Part shown: positions 34,267 through 43,900 of the stretch, piece by piece
How the letters are laid out: the number at the start of each line of letters is the position of its first letter
How positions within the stretch are numbered: position 1 is the stretch's first letter
Assembly (NCBI GenBank): GCA_964430665.1
Contig: CAYSFC010000003.1
Span: forward strand, 1-51,550
DNA: 51,550 nt
Direction: 5' to 3'
DNA from: an uncultured Methanosarcinales archaeon
Lineage (GTDB): Archaea > Nanobdellota > Nanobdellia > Woesearchaeales > SKGA01
The notes under the pieces: generated by a model
What the model saw: only the letters and a program-made list of their open reading frames with translations
Told to the model about the DNA's origin: nothing
Database searches by the model: none
Position numbers and translations under genes: made by a program

Positions 34267-35040
34267 TCACAGCTTGCTTCGGAGCTCTTTGGATTTTTCT
34301 AAAGCCACATCAAACATATTACTAATTTCTTCAGCTTGTAATCCAACATCTCCGCCCTTTTGCAAGGAACAAAATTCACCATTTTCTTTTACAGTAACTG
34401 TAAGACGGGCATCAATTGCTTCTTCCTCAACCAATGTAGGATCGACAACCATATGGTCCCCAATTTTACAAATGGTAATTGCAATAGGTTTTTGTTGAAC
34501 TTGAAGCTTTTTATCACTTAGTTTTTTGTAATTGACAGTTCCATCTTCTTTTATTTCAGGAAATTTGGCAGTACTCAAAGCAGCCAAAGCAGCCAAAGCA
34601 CCAATATCAATTATATTTCCGTCATGATTCAAAGGAACTAAATCAACAGAAACTATCCAAACCTTTTCTCCTTTAGTTATACAAAGAGATTTTGTATCGA
34701 CAGCTTTACTTTCTCGAATACCTCTATCAATAACTCGTCCAATTTCAATAGCATCAATACCAGGTGGTCCTGATTCAATATCTCCGTGAGCTATTGGTAA
34801 TAACTCACATCCAACCATCAAAACTCCTTCATCAGGAGAGTCAGGATATGGAGTTCCAATAGATAATTTAACTCCTGCTAAAATTTCTGTGTCTCCAACA
34901 GTAACTCTAGCTGAACCTTCTGCAGTTGTAATAATATCAGTTTCAATTTTAATTTCTCTAAATTCATCTAATTTTCGTCCATCAAATCGAATACCTGCTG
35001 CAAGAGTTTTCAGTAAATGTGTTTTTTCATTATAATTCAT
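34267..35040 (-). CDS. rrp42: Exosome complex component Rrp42
   Basis: RNase PH-like fold with GIRFDGRKLDEFREIKIE. 4-nt overlap with rrp41. Confidence 0.9.
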   Translation of the reverse strand: MNYNEKTHLLKTLAAGIRFDGRKLDEFREIKIETDIITTAEGSARVTVGDTEILAGVKLSIGTPYPDSPDEGVLMVGCELLPIAHGDIESGPPGIDAIEIGRVIDRGIRESKAVDTKSLCITKGEKVWIVSVDLVPLNHDGNIIDIGALAALAALSTAKFPEIKEDGTVNYKKLSDKKLQVQQKPIAITICKIGDHMVVDPTLVEEEAIDARLTVTVKENGEFCSLQKGGDVGLQAEEISNMFDVALEKSKELRSKL

Positions 35041-35747
35041 TTTTCTTCACCTGCAATTTTATATTTGTCTCTAATTGCTTGTCTTTGAATTTCTGCAATT
35101 TCCACACAAGCTTCTTTTCCCATTTCAATTGCCTTATTTAATTCTTCTTTGGTAACTTGTCCGTCCATTTGAAGTAAAGTTATTTCTCCAGTTGAAGGTA
35201 CTGAAGCCATTGCAGTATCTACTGCTCCACCTTTCGTTTCATCAGCTTCTTCCTCATAACTTAAATCAACAACAACATCTCCTTTAACACGTCCAACAGC
35301 CACTGCTGCAACCATATCATTCATAACAAGTCCCGCATCTGCTAATGCAATTGAAGCTGCACAAATTCCAGCACATCTGCTACCTGCATCTGTTTGAGGA
35401 AGTTCTATGAAAACTTCAAAGCCACTATTTTTAAATTTAGTTAAATCTAAAACAGGCATTAATGCCTTTTCAGACACCATACTTAATTCTTTTGCTCTTC
35501 TGTTTGGTCCAGGTCTAACTCTTTCTCCCTGACCAGAAAAAGGCATCATATTATAATTAACTCTAAGTATACCTGTTTCATGTTTCATTAAAAATCTAGG
35601 TTTTATTTCTTTAGGACCATATACTGCAGCATATGCCCAAGTTTTACCTATTTTAAAATATCCACTACCATCTGCGTTTTTTATCACGCCTGCTTTAGCC
35701 TCAATAGGTCTAAGTTCGTTTGGTTTTCTACCATCAATTCTGCTCAT
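35037..35747 (-). CDS. rrp41: Exosome complex exonuclease Rrp41
   Basis: RIDGRKPNELRPI...GQGERVRPGPNRRAKE...TDAGSRCAGI. Confidence 0.9.
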   Translation of the reverse strand: MSRIDGRKPNELRPIEAKAGVIKNADGSGYFKIGKTWAYAAVYGPKEIKPRFLMKHETGILRVNYNMMPFSGQGERVRPGPNRRAKELSMVSEKALMPVLDLTKFKNSGFEVFIELPQTDAGSRCAGICAASIALADAGLVMNDMVAAVAVGRVKGDVVVDLSYEEEADETKGGAVDTAMASVPSTGEITLLQMDGQVTKEELNKAIEMGKEACVEIAEIQRQAIRDKYKIAGEEK

Positions 35748-36514
35748 TGTTCATCACCTTGAGTTTCTTCTTCAAAATCATCATTTTCTTCAGTTTTGTC
35801 TTCTAATTTAACACCAGTTTCTTTTTCTAGAAATTGTTTAATTCTATCAGTCAATCCTGAGATGTGTGATTCTTTTTCAATTTTTTGAATTGTTTGAGCT
35901 GCAAGGTTTTCCATTTTAGGATCTTCTCCATATAACCAAACTAATCCATTTTGTCCAACAACTATTTTACAATCAGTTGCTTGTTTAATTAAAGAAACCA
36001 TTGAACCTTTCTTACCAATTACTCGTGGAACTTTATATGTATTTATAGGAATAATTCTCCCTCCACGTAATTTGTGTAATCCTTGTCCTCTTACACTCAA
36101 ATCAATTAAATTTTGACTTGAAACATTTGTTATTTTTGCAACAACATAATCATTTATTTTAAAATATTTAGCTAAATCTGCACCTCTAGGAATAAATTCA
36201 AAACTTCCATCCTTTACAGGTATGAGAGCACTGTGAGGTCCTCCTAAATCTACTCTCCACCCAGCCGAAATTATATCAAAAACTTTTCCTATAATTACAT
36301 CATTTCGTCTTGGCGAATACTTTCCAGCTAAAGGAATTGTTTTTATAACTTTTCCATCCAAGGAAACAATTCCAATTTTATTAGCTAATATTTTTTCACC
36401 CAACCTATATGTTCCATAGCTTGGAAGATAGTCCATACCTTCAGCAACCACTTGCCCTGGCACGACAACGTCTTTTTCTTGTACTAATAACTTACTCATT
36501 TTATATCTCTCCAT
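35744..36514 (-). CDS. rrp4: Exosome RNA-binding subunit Rrp4 (S1 + KH) with an acidic tail
   Basis: VVPGQVVAEG, an S1 region, KH motif VIGKKGSMV, C-terminal EENDDFEEETQGDEQ. Confidence 0.9.
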   Translation of the reverse strand: MERYKMSKLLVQEKDVVVPGQVVAEGMDYLPSYGTYRLGEKILANKIGIVSLDGKVIKTIPLAGKYSPRRNDVIIGKVFDIISAGWRVDLGGPHSALIPVKDGSFEFIPRGADLAKYFKINDYVVAKITNVSSQNLIDLSVRGQGLHKLRGGRIIPINTYKVPRVIGKKGSMVSLIKQATDCKIVVGQNGLVWLYGEDPKMENLAAQTIQKIEKESHISGLTDRIKQFLEKETGVKLEDKTEENDDFEEETQGDEQ

Positions 36515-36519
36515 ATATC

Positions 36520-37242
36520 TTATTTTATTTTTTCAATATTTACACTCGCGTGAGTTTGACTATTCAAATTTGAAATTAAATCTTGACTTCTACCTGCAGC
36601 AATTCTCACTACAAACATAGCACTTCCATCATGCAACCACTTTTCATTAATAAGAGTCCCTTCAGATAAAAGAATTCCTTTAACTTTAGCAGCATAATGT
36701 GTTGGTGCATGGACTGAGAATTCAAATTCCTCAACAGAAATAGGAATTATTGGTTGTAATTTTTGCATTATTTCCTTTACTTGCGATTCTGCAGATTTGT
36801 TATAATCGATTTTAATTTTAGCCTCTTCCATTGCCGCCTCAATTCTGTTTATTGGATGAGGCAACTTTGTTTTAGGATCAACAGCGTTTCTATGAATTAT
36901 GTTAATTATTTTTTTTAACTTTTTTTCATGAATCTCTTGTCTATATTTTTGTGTGAATTGAATTTCACCTTTATCAATCATAACTTTAGCAATCTTAAAA
37001 ACATCAGTTGTATTAAATACTTTTTCCAAATCTTCTTCAGCAGATAAAAGTCCTTTTTTCATATCTGAAAATATTTTATTTGCTTGAATTATCTCTTCAA
37101 CATCAACAACTTCTCCGTTTTTATATGCTATAATTTTGTCAGGTTCTATTGCAATTTCAAATTGAATCCCATGACTTTTATAGCGAACAAGATTAACAGA
37201 TATTTGTTTTCTGTCATCAATTAATTTATCGCCTTTAGTCAT
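36520..37242 (-). CDS. SBDS/Sdo1 ribosome maturation protein
   Basis: LVRYKSHGIQFEIAIEPDKIIAYKNGE and a three-domain length of 240 aa. Confidence 0.85.
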   Translation of the reverse strand: MTKGDKLIDDRKQISVNLVRYKSHGIQFEIAIEPDKIIAYKNGEVVDVEEIIQANKIFSDMKKGLLSAEEDLEKVFNTTDVFKIAKVMIDKGEIQFTQKYRQEIHEKKLKKIINIIHRNAVDPKTKLPHPINRIEAAMEEAKIKIDYNKSAESQVKEIMQKLQPIIPISVEEFEFSVHAPTHYAAKVKGILLSEGTLINEKWLHDGSAMFVVRIAAGRSQDLISNLNSQTHASVNIEKIK

Positions 37243-37250
37243 TTTTTCAC

Positions 37251-37967
37251 CTATTTAGTGATTTTAATTAATTCTTCTTTAGAGAATTTTTTCATTTCTT
37301 TACTATCTTTACAAATGTATGCTGCATCAATTCTCTCAATTGAGAAAGCTTCATCTAAAAATTGTTTTATTGCTTTAACAGCCAATTTAAGAGCATCTTC
37401 AACTTTCATATTATCTTTATATTCTTTATGAAGAATTTCTTGAATTTCTCCTTCCCCTTCACCAATAACTGAAGCTCTGTATTGATAGAATAATCCTGTT
37501 GGATCTGTTTGGTATAACTTTACACCATCGTTAGCTACACCTGCTACTAAAAGGGATACGCCAAAAGGTCTTAAACCACCAGACTGAGTACATAATTGTT
37601 TCAAATTACAAATATCTTTAACAATTGTTAAAGTATCTACAGGCGTATCATACTTAATTTTATTGTCTTGAGCTTTGCTTTGAGCTCTTTCTATTAAAAC
37701 TCTTGCATCTGAAATAATTCCTGCAGCTGTTGCAATTATATGATCGTCTATTTGAAATATTTTATCAATTGCTTCAGTTACAACTAGTTTATCTGCAATA
37801 CGTTTGTCTGTAACTAATAAAACTCCATCTTTACAAACAAGACCCATAGCAGTGTTTCCTAATCGCACTGTTTTCTTTGCGTACTCAACTTGCAATAACC
37901 GTCCATCTGGACTAAACATGGTTATTGCTCTATCATATCCCATTACTTGATGTGGCATAGGTTGCAT
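37251..37967 (-). CDS. psmA: Proteasome subunit alpha
   Basis: YDRAITMFSPDGRLLQVEYA. Confidence 0.95.
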   Translation of the reverse strand: MQPMPHQVMGYDRAITMFSPDGRLLQVEYAKKTVRLGNTAMGLVCKDGVLLVTDKRIADKLVVTEAIDKIFQIDDHIIATAAGIISDARVLIERAQSKAQDNKIKYDTPVDTLTIVKDICNLKQLCTQSGGLRPFGVSLLVAGVANDGVKLYQTDPTGLFYQYRASVIGEGEGEIQEILHKEYKDNMKVEDALKLAVKAIKQFLDEAFSIERIDAAYICKDSKEMKKFSKEELIKITK

Positions 37968-37989
37968 TTTCTTTTTCCTCTTAATTTTT

Positions 37990-38331
37990 TTACATATATT
38001 TTTCTTTGGCCTTTTTCAGAATTCCTGAAACGCCCAAAGTTGTTATTCTAACTTCATTCACTCCTAATTTTGAAATCAATAAAAAGTTTGCTCGAATTTC
38101 ATCAACCATTTTGTGATTCACTCGAATTATTCCTTTTAACGATTCTGAGTCGAATGCAATAGGTAATATTCCTGCCTTTGCAGTTCCGAAAACACCTAAA
38201 TTTTCTTTTAATTTGTGAATGAATTGCTCTTGTATTTTTCTACCATTAAATTCGCCTTTAATTTCAAGATTATATACTAAATACCTTTTCTTTTCTTTTG
38301 CACTTGGTCTCAAAGCCTTTAACGATAGCAT
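37990..38331 (-). CDS. rnp2: RNase P protein component 2 (Pop5/Rpp14 family)
   Basis: LKALRPSAKEKKRYLVYNLE...IIRVNHKMVDEIRANFLLI. The internal Met is preferred over the track start at 38370. Confidence 0.75.
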   Translation of the reverse strand: MLSLKALRPSAKEKKRYLVYNLEIKGEFNGRKIQEQFIHKLKENLGVFGTAKAGILPIAFDSESLKGIIRVNHKMVDEIRANFLLISKLGVNEVRITTLGVSGILKKAKEKYM

Positions 38332-38484
38332 TTTCTTCCTGTATATTTGCTTTATATCCTTAGAATACAAATATACTATATTCCACTTATTCTTTCACAA
38401 GTTGAACTATATGATTGTGAACTTATTTATAAATGTTATCTTCCAAATAGATTATTTTTTAAAGAAGGCTTTATTTCCAAAAAT

Positions 38485-39396
38485 ATGAACTTTAAACGTC
38501 TTTTCAAACAAATTCTACTACTCTCAAGCTGTCCAACATATGGAGGACAAGCTGTTATGGGAGGTGTTATGATGAAAGGAAAAAACACATATAGTGTTTC
38601 TCTGTACAATAATAACGAAGTTCATACAAAATCCTTTCCATTCAAATCATTAACACAAAAAGTTAAATTCTTAGGACTTCCTTTCATAAGAGGAATAATA
38701 ATGCTTTTTGAAATGTTAATAATAGGATATAAATCATTATCTTATTCTTCAGAATTTGAATACACTAAAGAAACAGAAGATGAATCTTCTGCATTTGGAA
38801 TAATGATGGTAATAAGTTTAATTTTCAGTTTATTTTTTGCAATATTTTTATTTAAATTAGTACCTCTCTCTGCAGCAACTTGGATAGATTCAATATTTAA
38901 CTTATCTTCAGTCTGGTTCAATTTACTTGACGGAGGAATAAAACTACTTATTTTTATTTCATATGTATATTTCATAGGATTACTTCCAGAAATAAAAGAT
39001 GTCTTTAGATATCATGGTGCAGAACATAAAACTATAAATTGTTTTGAAAGTGGAAAAGAATTAAACTTAAAGAATGTAAGAAAACAATCAACCAGACATT
39101 TAAGATGTGGAACAACATTCTTACTTCTAGTAATAGTCATAAGTATTTTAGTTTATGTTTTAATACCCAAAACATTACCTTTTGGCTATAATCTATTATT
39201 GAGAGTTGCACTGCTGCCTTTCATTGCTTCAATTTCATATGAATTTCAAAGATTAGCTGCTAGAAAAAATATTTGGATATTAAAATTATTTTTATATCCG
39301 GGATTACTACTACAAGCATTAACTACAAAAGAACCTTCAATAAAACATTTAAGATGTGGTATTGCTGCTTTAAAAGATGTTATTAAAAATGATTAA
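38485..39396 (+). CDS. DUF1385-family membrane protein
   Basis: TYGGQAVMGGVMMKG, YHGAEHKTINCFE, and RCGTTF. The track N-terminal extension (from 38347) overlaps rnp2 and was rejected. Confidence 0.75.
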   Translation: MNFKRLFKQILLLSSCPTYGGQAVMGGVMMKGKNTYSVSLYNNNEVHTKSFPFKSLTQKVKFLGLPFIRGIIMLFEMLIIGYKSLSYSSEFEYTKETEDESSAFGIMMVISLIFSLFFAIFLFKLVPLSAATWIDSIFNLSSVWFNLLDGGIKLLIFISYVYFIGLLPEIKDVFRYHGAEHKTINCFESGKELNLKNVRKQSTRHLRCGTTFLLLVIVISILVYVLIPKTLPFGYNLLLRVALLPFIASISYEFQRLAARKNIWILKLFLYPGLLLQALTTKEPSIKHLRCGIAALKDVIKND

Positions 39397-39822
39397 TTAT
39401 TCTTTTCTCCAAACATCCATATAATATTCAAAATTTTGTTTTCCTGCCAAAGTTAATTTTAATTTAGACAGTTCCTCTAAAGTTGCCCATTTAAAATCAG
39501 AAAATTTATCTTCCTCAAGAGGCTTAGCTTCACCAGAAGCCCATTCACAAACAAAAGAGGGACCAATCCAATGTTTACCTTCTTCAACAGCTTCAACCAA
39601 ACGCAAAAATTTTAAATTTTTAATCTCAATACCAAATTCTTCTAAAACTTCTCTTCTAATACCTTCTTCGAAAGTTTCTCCAAAATCTAAACCTCCACCA
39701 GGAAAATCCCAAAGACCAATATCATCTCGTGCTTTAAATCCTCTTTTACCAACAAGAATTTTACCTTCTTTTAAAATTAAAGCTCCAACACCCACACCAA
39801 TATAATGTTCGCCCTTTATCAT
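39397..39822 (-). CDS. NUDIX hydrolase
   Basis: Nudix box GGGLDFGETFEEGIRREVLEEFGI. The start was set at the ATGA overlap with the upstream gene. Confidence 0.85.
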   Translation of the reverse strand: MIKGEHYIGVGVGALILKEGKILVGKRGFKARDDIGLWDFPGGGLDFGETFEEGIRREVLEEFGIEIKNLKFLRLVEAVEEGKHWIGPSFVCEWASGEAKPLEEDKFSDFKWATLEELSKLKLTLAGKQNFEYYMDVWRKE

Positions 39823-40175
39823 TTTGAATAATTTCTCCACATTTTTTCCAATTCATTTTTGTGAACAAAATCTTCAACATTCCATTTTTCAGCTTCTTCT
39901 TTGAAAATATCAAATTCTTTTTTAGTTAATTTATCTTTAAGAACATTTCCAATATTAAATATTATTTGGACAATAGAATCTACTTGAGAAGAAATTTCAT
40001 CAACATCTTTTCTTATTTTTTTCATTTCAAAATTAAAATTTTTCTGATTTCCATCTAATTTTACTTCAAAATCTTTATATTGTTTTTTTAATTCACTATC
40101 AATTTCATCAAGCAATTTGAATCTGTGATTCAATCTTTCTTCCACCAATTTATTATCCATGTCTATCTTGCACAT
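39819..40175 (-). CDS. Small coiled-coil protein
   Basis: K/E/D-rich heptad-like sequence. The first ATG was chosen because the track start is a GTG upstream of the likely TSS. Confidence 0.4.
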   Translation of the reverse strand: MCKIDMDNKLVEERLNHRFKLLDEIDSELKKQYKDFEVKLDGNQKNFNFEMKKIRKDVDEISSQVDSIVQIIFNIGNVLKDKLTKKEFDIFKEEAEKWNVEDFVHKNELEKMWRNYSK

Positions 40176-40299
40176 TTCTTTCTTTTTAATTCTTTCTTTT
40201 ACATCTTCCAAACTCTGGAGTAATAACACAACCTTTTTATATATTAATCATCAATTAAGGTGTAATGACTTAGTGCTAGTAAGGGTGCGGGGTAAGACG

Positions 40300-42195
40300 A
40301 TGACTAATGATTTTGATATAATGCCGCCTGTAGAACCAGGTATGGAAGAACAAAAACCAAAAAAAAGCTTTTTCTCTAAACTTTTCAATAAAAAAGAACA
40401 ACCTGTGCCTAATCCCGAAATTGAAGAAAAAATAGATTTACCAGAAGAACCTAAAAAAGACAAAAAACCTGGTTTAAAAGTTGAAGACATAAGAGCAAAA
40501 CTAGGTCTAGACGATCAAGTTAACACTCAACATCTTTATGAAAAATTAGAAAAAAACGCAAATAAAGATGTTGAAAAAGAAGCAAAAGAATATGATATGT
40601 TTACCGAAGAAACAACTGAATTGGAACAAAAAATAGATTTTACAAAAGACGTTCCAGATAAATTTAATTTTGAAGTTCCTGAACACGATTTTAGTGAAGA
40701 TATAAGTATTCCTTCAAAATCAACATCTTTCATTGAAGAAATAAAAGAAGACGTTCCTGTAAAGCCAATCAAAACATCTAAAATTGATAAAGATTTAAAC
40801 ATAGAAGAATTTAATCTTCCTGAAGATGAATTTGATTCTGATATTGAACTGAAATCTCAAAAAGAAGTTAACAAAGATCTTTCAGTTTACAAAAAAGAAA
40901 TGAAAGAATTTGGAGAAGCTACAAAAGATTTAATTCTACAAAAAAAGAGAAAACACTTAGAAAACGTTTTCAAACTTTCAAATAAAGAACATTTAACTTC
41001 GATAGAATCTTTACTAAAATTAGCTAAAGACAATACTAAATATCACAAATTCAAAGATTCCGTCATGAAAAACAAACAATCTTTTATTGCTTGGGTAAAT
41101 AGAGTTTTAGAAGTTCAAAAAGAAACTGAAGATCTTCTAATAAATGAGTTGTTGAAACGTGTAAACAACTTACAAAAAGATTATACTTCTCAAATTAATA
41201 AAAAAGTAACACAATACCAACCAATAAAAGAGAAAAAATTAAATGAATTTAAACAAAAAGAGAACAATCTTAAAAATAAAACCAACTATGTTGAAGACTA
41301 CTCAAAGAAATTAAAAGATTTAAATAAAAAACTTAAAGATGAAGAATCTAAAATAAAAAAAGAAAAAGAATCTCTAAAACAAAAAGAAAATGAATTAAAA
41401 GTAAAGTACGAACATAAAGAAGAAAAATTAAAATCTTTTTATGAACACAAACAAAAAGAATTTAAAACTTGGTCTGATCACCAAAATAAACTACTTAAAT
41501 TAAAACAAGATAAGTTAGACAAACAAAAAGAAAAGTTTGAAGAAGAAGCAAACAAAATCAAAGAAGAACTTTTAGAAGTTAAAAATGATTACATTCAAAT
41601 AAAAAAATTCTATGAAAAAGAATATGGAAAAATAAAACCTTCAATAAATAAAATTCACAAAGAAGAAAAATCCATAGAAACTGAAGAGAAATATTTACAT
41701 CATGAAGAAGAAGAGTTTGAAAATAGACGAAAACAATTAGAAGAAAGTTTAAAACAACAAGAATCCAAATTAGTTGAAAAAATAAATTACAATGAAAGTC
41801 TTTTAGCAACTTTAGCTAAAGAAAAATCAGAATTACAACAAATAAAATCAGATATTGATCAAGGAGGTTTCTCAAATTATCTTAAAAGAGAACTATCAAA
41901 TATGCCTGAAGACGATTATGTTGATCCTGAAGATTTAAAACTAAGACATTCAACAGTATTAGAACCACAAATGAATTCTTTAAATGAATTATACGATATG
42001 ATTTCAGAATGCAAATCCCACTTAATTAATGGAAATTTCGAGAAAACAAAAGAAATCTATAAAAATTTAACAAAAAAATATGCTGACTTAGATGTAAAAG
42101 ATGAAGAGAAAAAAGAAATTGATATAGAAATCAGAGAATTATATGACGATATTCATTTAAAACTCTTAGAATACGAAGCATTATCACATCTATGA
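40300..42195 (+). CDS. Large (about 631 aa) K/E-rich coiled-coil protein with an acidic N-terminal region and a helical C-terminal domain
   Basis: Long uninterrupted charged heptad-like stretch (KKLKDLNKKLKDEESKIKKEKESLKQKENELK...). The ATG at 40300 follows GGGTGCGGGG. The track N-terminal extension is antisense to the neighbouring gene. Confidence 0.6.
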   Translation: MTNDFDIMPPVEPGMEEQKPKKSFFSKLFNKKEQPVPNPEIEEKIDLPEEPKKDKKPGLKVEDIRAKLGLDDQVNTQHLYEKLEKNANKDVEKEAKEYDMFTEETTELEQKIDFTKDVPDKFNFEVPEHDFSEDISIPSKSTSFIEEIKEDVPVKPIKTSKIDKDLNIEEFNLPEDEFDSDIELKSQKEVNKDLSVYKKEMKEFGEATKDLILQKKRKHLENVFKLSNKEHLTSIESLLKLAKDNTKYHKFKDSVMKNKQSFIAWVNRVLEVQKETEDLLINELLKRVNNLQKDYTSQINKKVTQYQPIKEKKLNEFKQKENNLKNKTNYVEDYSKKLKDLNKKLKDEESKIKKEKESLKQKENELKVKYEHKEEKLKSFYEHKQKEFKTWSDHQNKLLKLKQDKLDKQKEKFEEEANKIKEELLEVKNDYIQIKKFYEKEYGKIKPSINKIHKEEKSIETEEKYLHHEEEEFENRRKQLEESLKQQESKLVEKINYNESLLATLAKEKSELQQIKSDIDQGGFSNYLKRELSNMPEDDYVDPEDLKLRHSTVLEPQMNSLNELYDMISECKSHLINGNFEKTKEIYKNLTKKYADLDVKDEEKKEIDIEIRELYDDIHLKLLEYEALSHL

Positions 42196-42247
42196 TAAAA
42201 CATCAACATATAGAAAACCATTTAATATACTTTAAATTCTTTTTATC

Positions 42248-43288
42248 ATGATTACATTAGACGCGAAAGATTTTTGTCAATATGAATCTTCTTTAAATAC
42301 TGCTTTAGCTTTAGCTTCTTTATTAAAAAAAGAAATAAAAATCATAAATATAGACAAACTTCCAATAACCTCAGTACAATCATTAACAGTCTTAAAAGAA
42401 GCTACAAATGCTTATGTTGAAGGAGGAATACTAAATTCAGACGAAATAATATTTCAACCCACAAAAGAATTTAATTTAAAAAAAGCAGAATTTGAATTAG
42501 ATAAAGATTCTTCATTTTTAGAAATATTACAATCTTTGTTAATACCCATATTATTTTCAAACAAAAAAACACATCTAAAAATAAAAGGAGGAACACATTT
42601 AACAAAAATTTCACTGGAATATTTAAAAGAAGTTTTAATAAATTATTTACAAAAATATACTAAAGGAATATTGTTAAAACTAAATTCAATCGGTTTTTTT
42701 TCAGAAGGAGAATTTGAATTAATCATCGATAGTAAAACAAACTTAAACAACATAGAGCCCATAAACATACAATACCATTCAAATTTAATAGGGATAAAAA
42801 CCCACTTAACGTTAACAAATGATTTAGAAAAATATGCAAAACCCATTAGACAACTACTAGAATTGTCTTTTCCAGAAATAACCATTATAACACTACCAAA
42901 ATCAAAAAAGTGTGAGAAATCTTGTTTAGTTTTAGACTCATTTGCATTATTTGGAAAAGACGATAACTTTGATAACAAATCCCCTTACATAAAACATTTA
43001 TCAAAAGTAGCTCCCCAAGAAATATCACTAAACTCTGAAAGTTTTCAAAAAGCAATTTTAAATTATATAAAAGAATTAAAAGAAATTCTGAACAAAGACG
43101 GAATAGATGAAACTTCATCCATCTTTCTATTACCCATAATTGGATTGTCTGGCGGAGAGATCATTGTTCACGAAGTTACACAAGAAATAAAATCCTTGAT
43201 TTTTGTCATTGAAAATATTCTAAACATAAAATTTAAAATTAAAGATAAATCTATTTCTAATGAAATAATTTCAATAAACGATCTTTAA
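42248..43288 (+). CDS. Divergent RNA 3'-terminal phosphate cyclase-like (RtcA/Rcl1 fold) protein
   Basis: Collinear with my recollection of E. coli RtcA: LDAKDF...LNTALALASLL, IKGGTHLTKISLEYLKEVLINYL, ETSSIFLLPIIGLSGGEIIV. The GGGQxLR motif is absent. Confidence 0.55.
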   Translation: MITLDAKDFCQYESSLNTALALASLLKKEIKIINIDKLPITSVQSLTVLKEATNAYVEGGILNSDEIIFQPTKEFNLKKAEFELDKDSSFLEILQSLLIPILFSNKKTHLKIKGGTHLTKISLEYLKEVLINYLQKYTKGILLKLNSIGFFSEGEFELIIDSKTNLNNIEPINIQYHSNLIGIKTHLTLTNDLEKYAKPIRQLLELSFPEITIITLPKSKKCEKSCLVLDSFALFGKDDNFDNKSPYIKHLSKVAPQEISLNSESFQKAILNYIKELKEILNKDGIDETSSIFLLPIIGLSGGEIIVHEVTQEIKSLIFVIENILNIKFKIKDKSISNEIISINDL

Positions 43289-43343
43289 TTATTTATAAAT
43301 AAAATAGAAACATTTATATATCATTTATGTTTACCTCGTCTTT

Positions 43344-43360
43344 GTTGACTTTAAATCAAC
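43344..43360. promoter_or_regulatory. Palindrome upstream of grpE, downstream of a TATA-like box
   Basis: GTTGA-CTTTAAA-TCAAC, with partial outer arms CTCG/CGAG. TTTATATA lies about 25 nt upstream. Confidence 0.4.
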
Positions 43361-43372
43361 GAGAATAAGAAA

Positions 43373-43900
43373 ATGACAAAAGAAAAAAAATCCTCGAAAA
43401 ATGATGAGATAACTTCATTAAAAGAAGAATTAACTCAAATGAGTAATAATTTTTTAAGACTTCAAGCAGAATTTGCAAATTATAGAAAAAGAAATGATTG
43501 TCTTGCAGAAGATTCATTTAATAATGGTGTAGAACGAGTTCTAACAAAACTAATAGATGTTTTAGATGATTTTGATTTAGCTTTACAAAACACAGATGCA
43601 AAACCTGAAGATATCAAAAAAGGTTTAGAACTAATTTATGCAAAATTATTTGGAGTTGGAGAAGAATTTAATCTCAAAAAAATAGACTGTAAAGACCAAA
43701 TTTTCGATCCTAAAATTCATGAAGCTCTTTTAGCAGAAGAATCAGAAAAACCTGAAGGAACAATATTAGAAGAACTTCAGAAAGGATACAAAGTCAATGA
43801 GAATGTTATAAGACATTCAAAAGTTAAAGTTTCAAAAAATACAGAAGAACAAAACAAGTCTTCTAATACAAAAAATAATAAAGGTGAAAAAAATGAGTAA
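43373..43900 (+). CDS. grpE: Nucleotide exchange factor GrpE
   Basis: [11 protein letters not shown]...FDPKIHEAL...[16 protein letters not shown]. Confidence 0.9.
   Translation: MTKEKKSSKNDEITSLKEELTQMSNNFLRLQAEFANYRKRNDCLAEDSFNNGVERVLTKLIDVLDDFDLALQNTDAKPEDIKKGLELIYAKLFGVGEEFNLKKIDCKDQIFDPKIHEALLAEESEKPEGTILEELQKGYKVNENVIRHSKVKVSKNTEEQNKSSNTKNNKGEKNE

Noticed and set aside
38219-38484. ORF 38219..38488 and the first 46 codons of the 38347..39396 ORF.
   Set aside because: They overlap the rnp2 gene on the other strand and its promoter region. The DUF1385 homology starts only after the Met at 38485.
40159-40299. Track N-terminal extension of the large coiled-coil protein (MSILHISFFLILSF...).
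   Set aside because: It is antisense to the divergent coiled-coil gene and spans the shared promoter. The charged protein proper begins at the ATG at 40300, after a G-rich SD-like motif.
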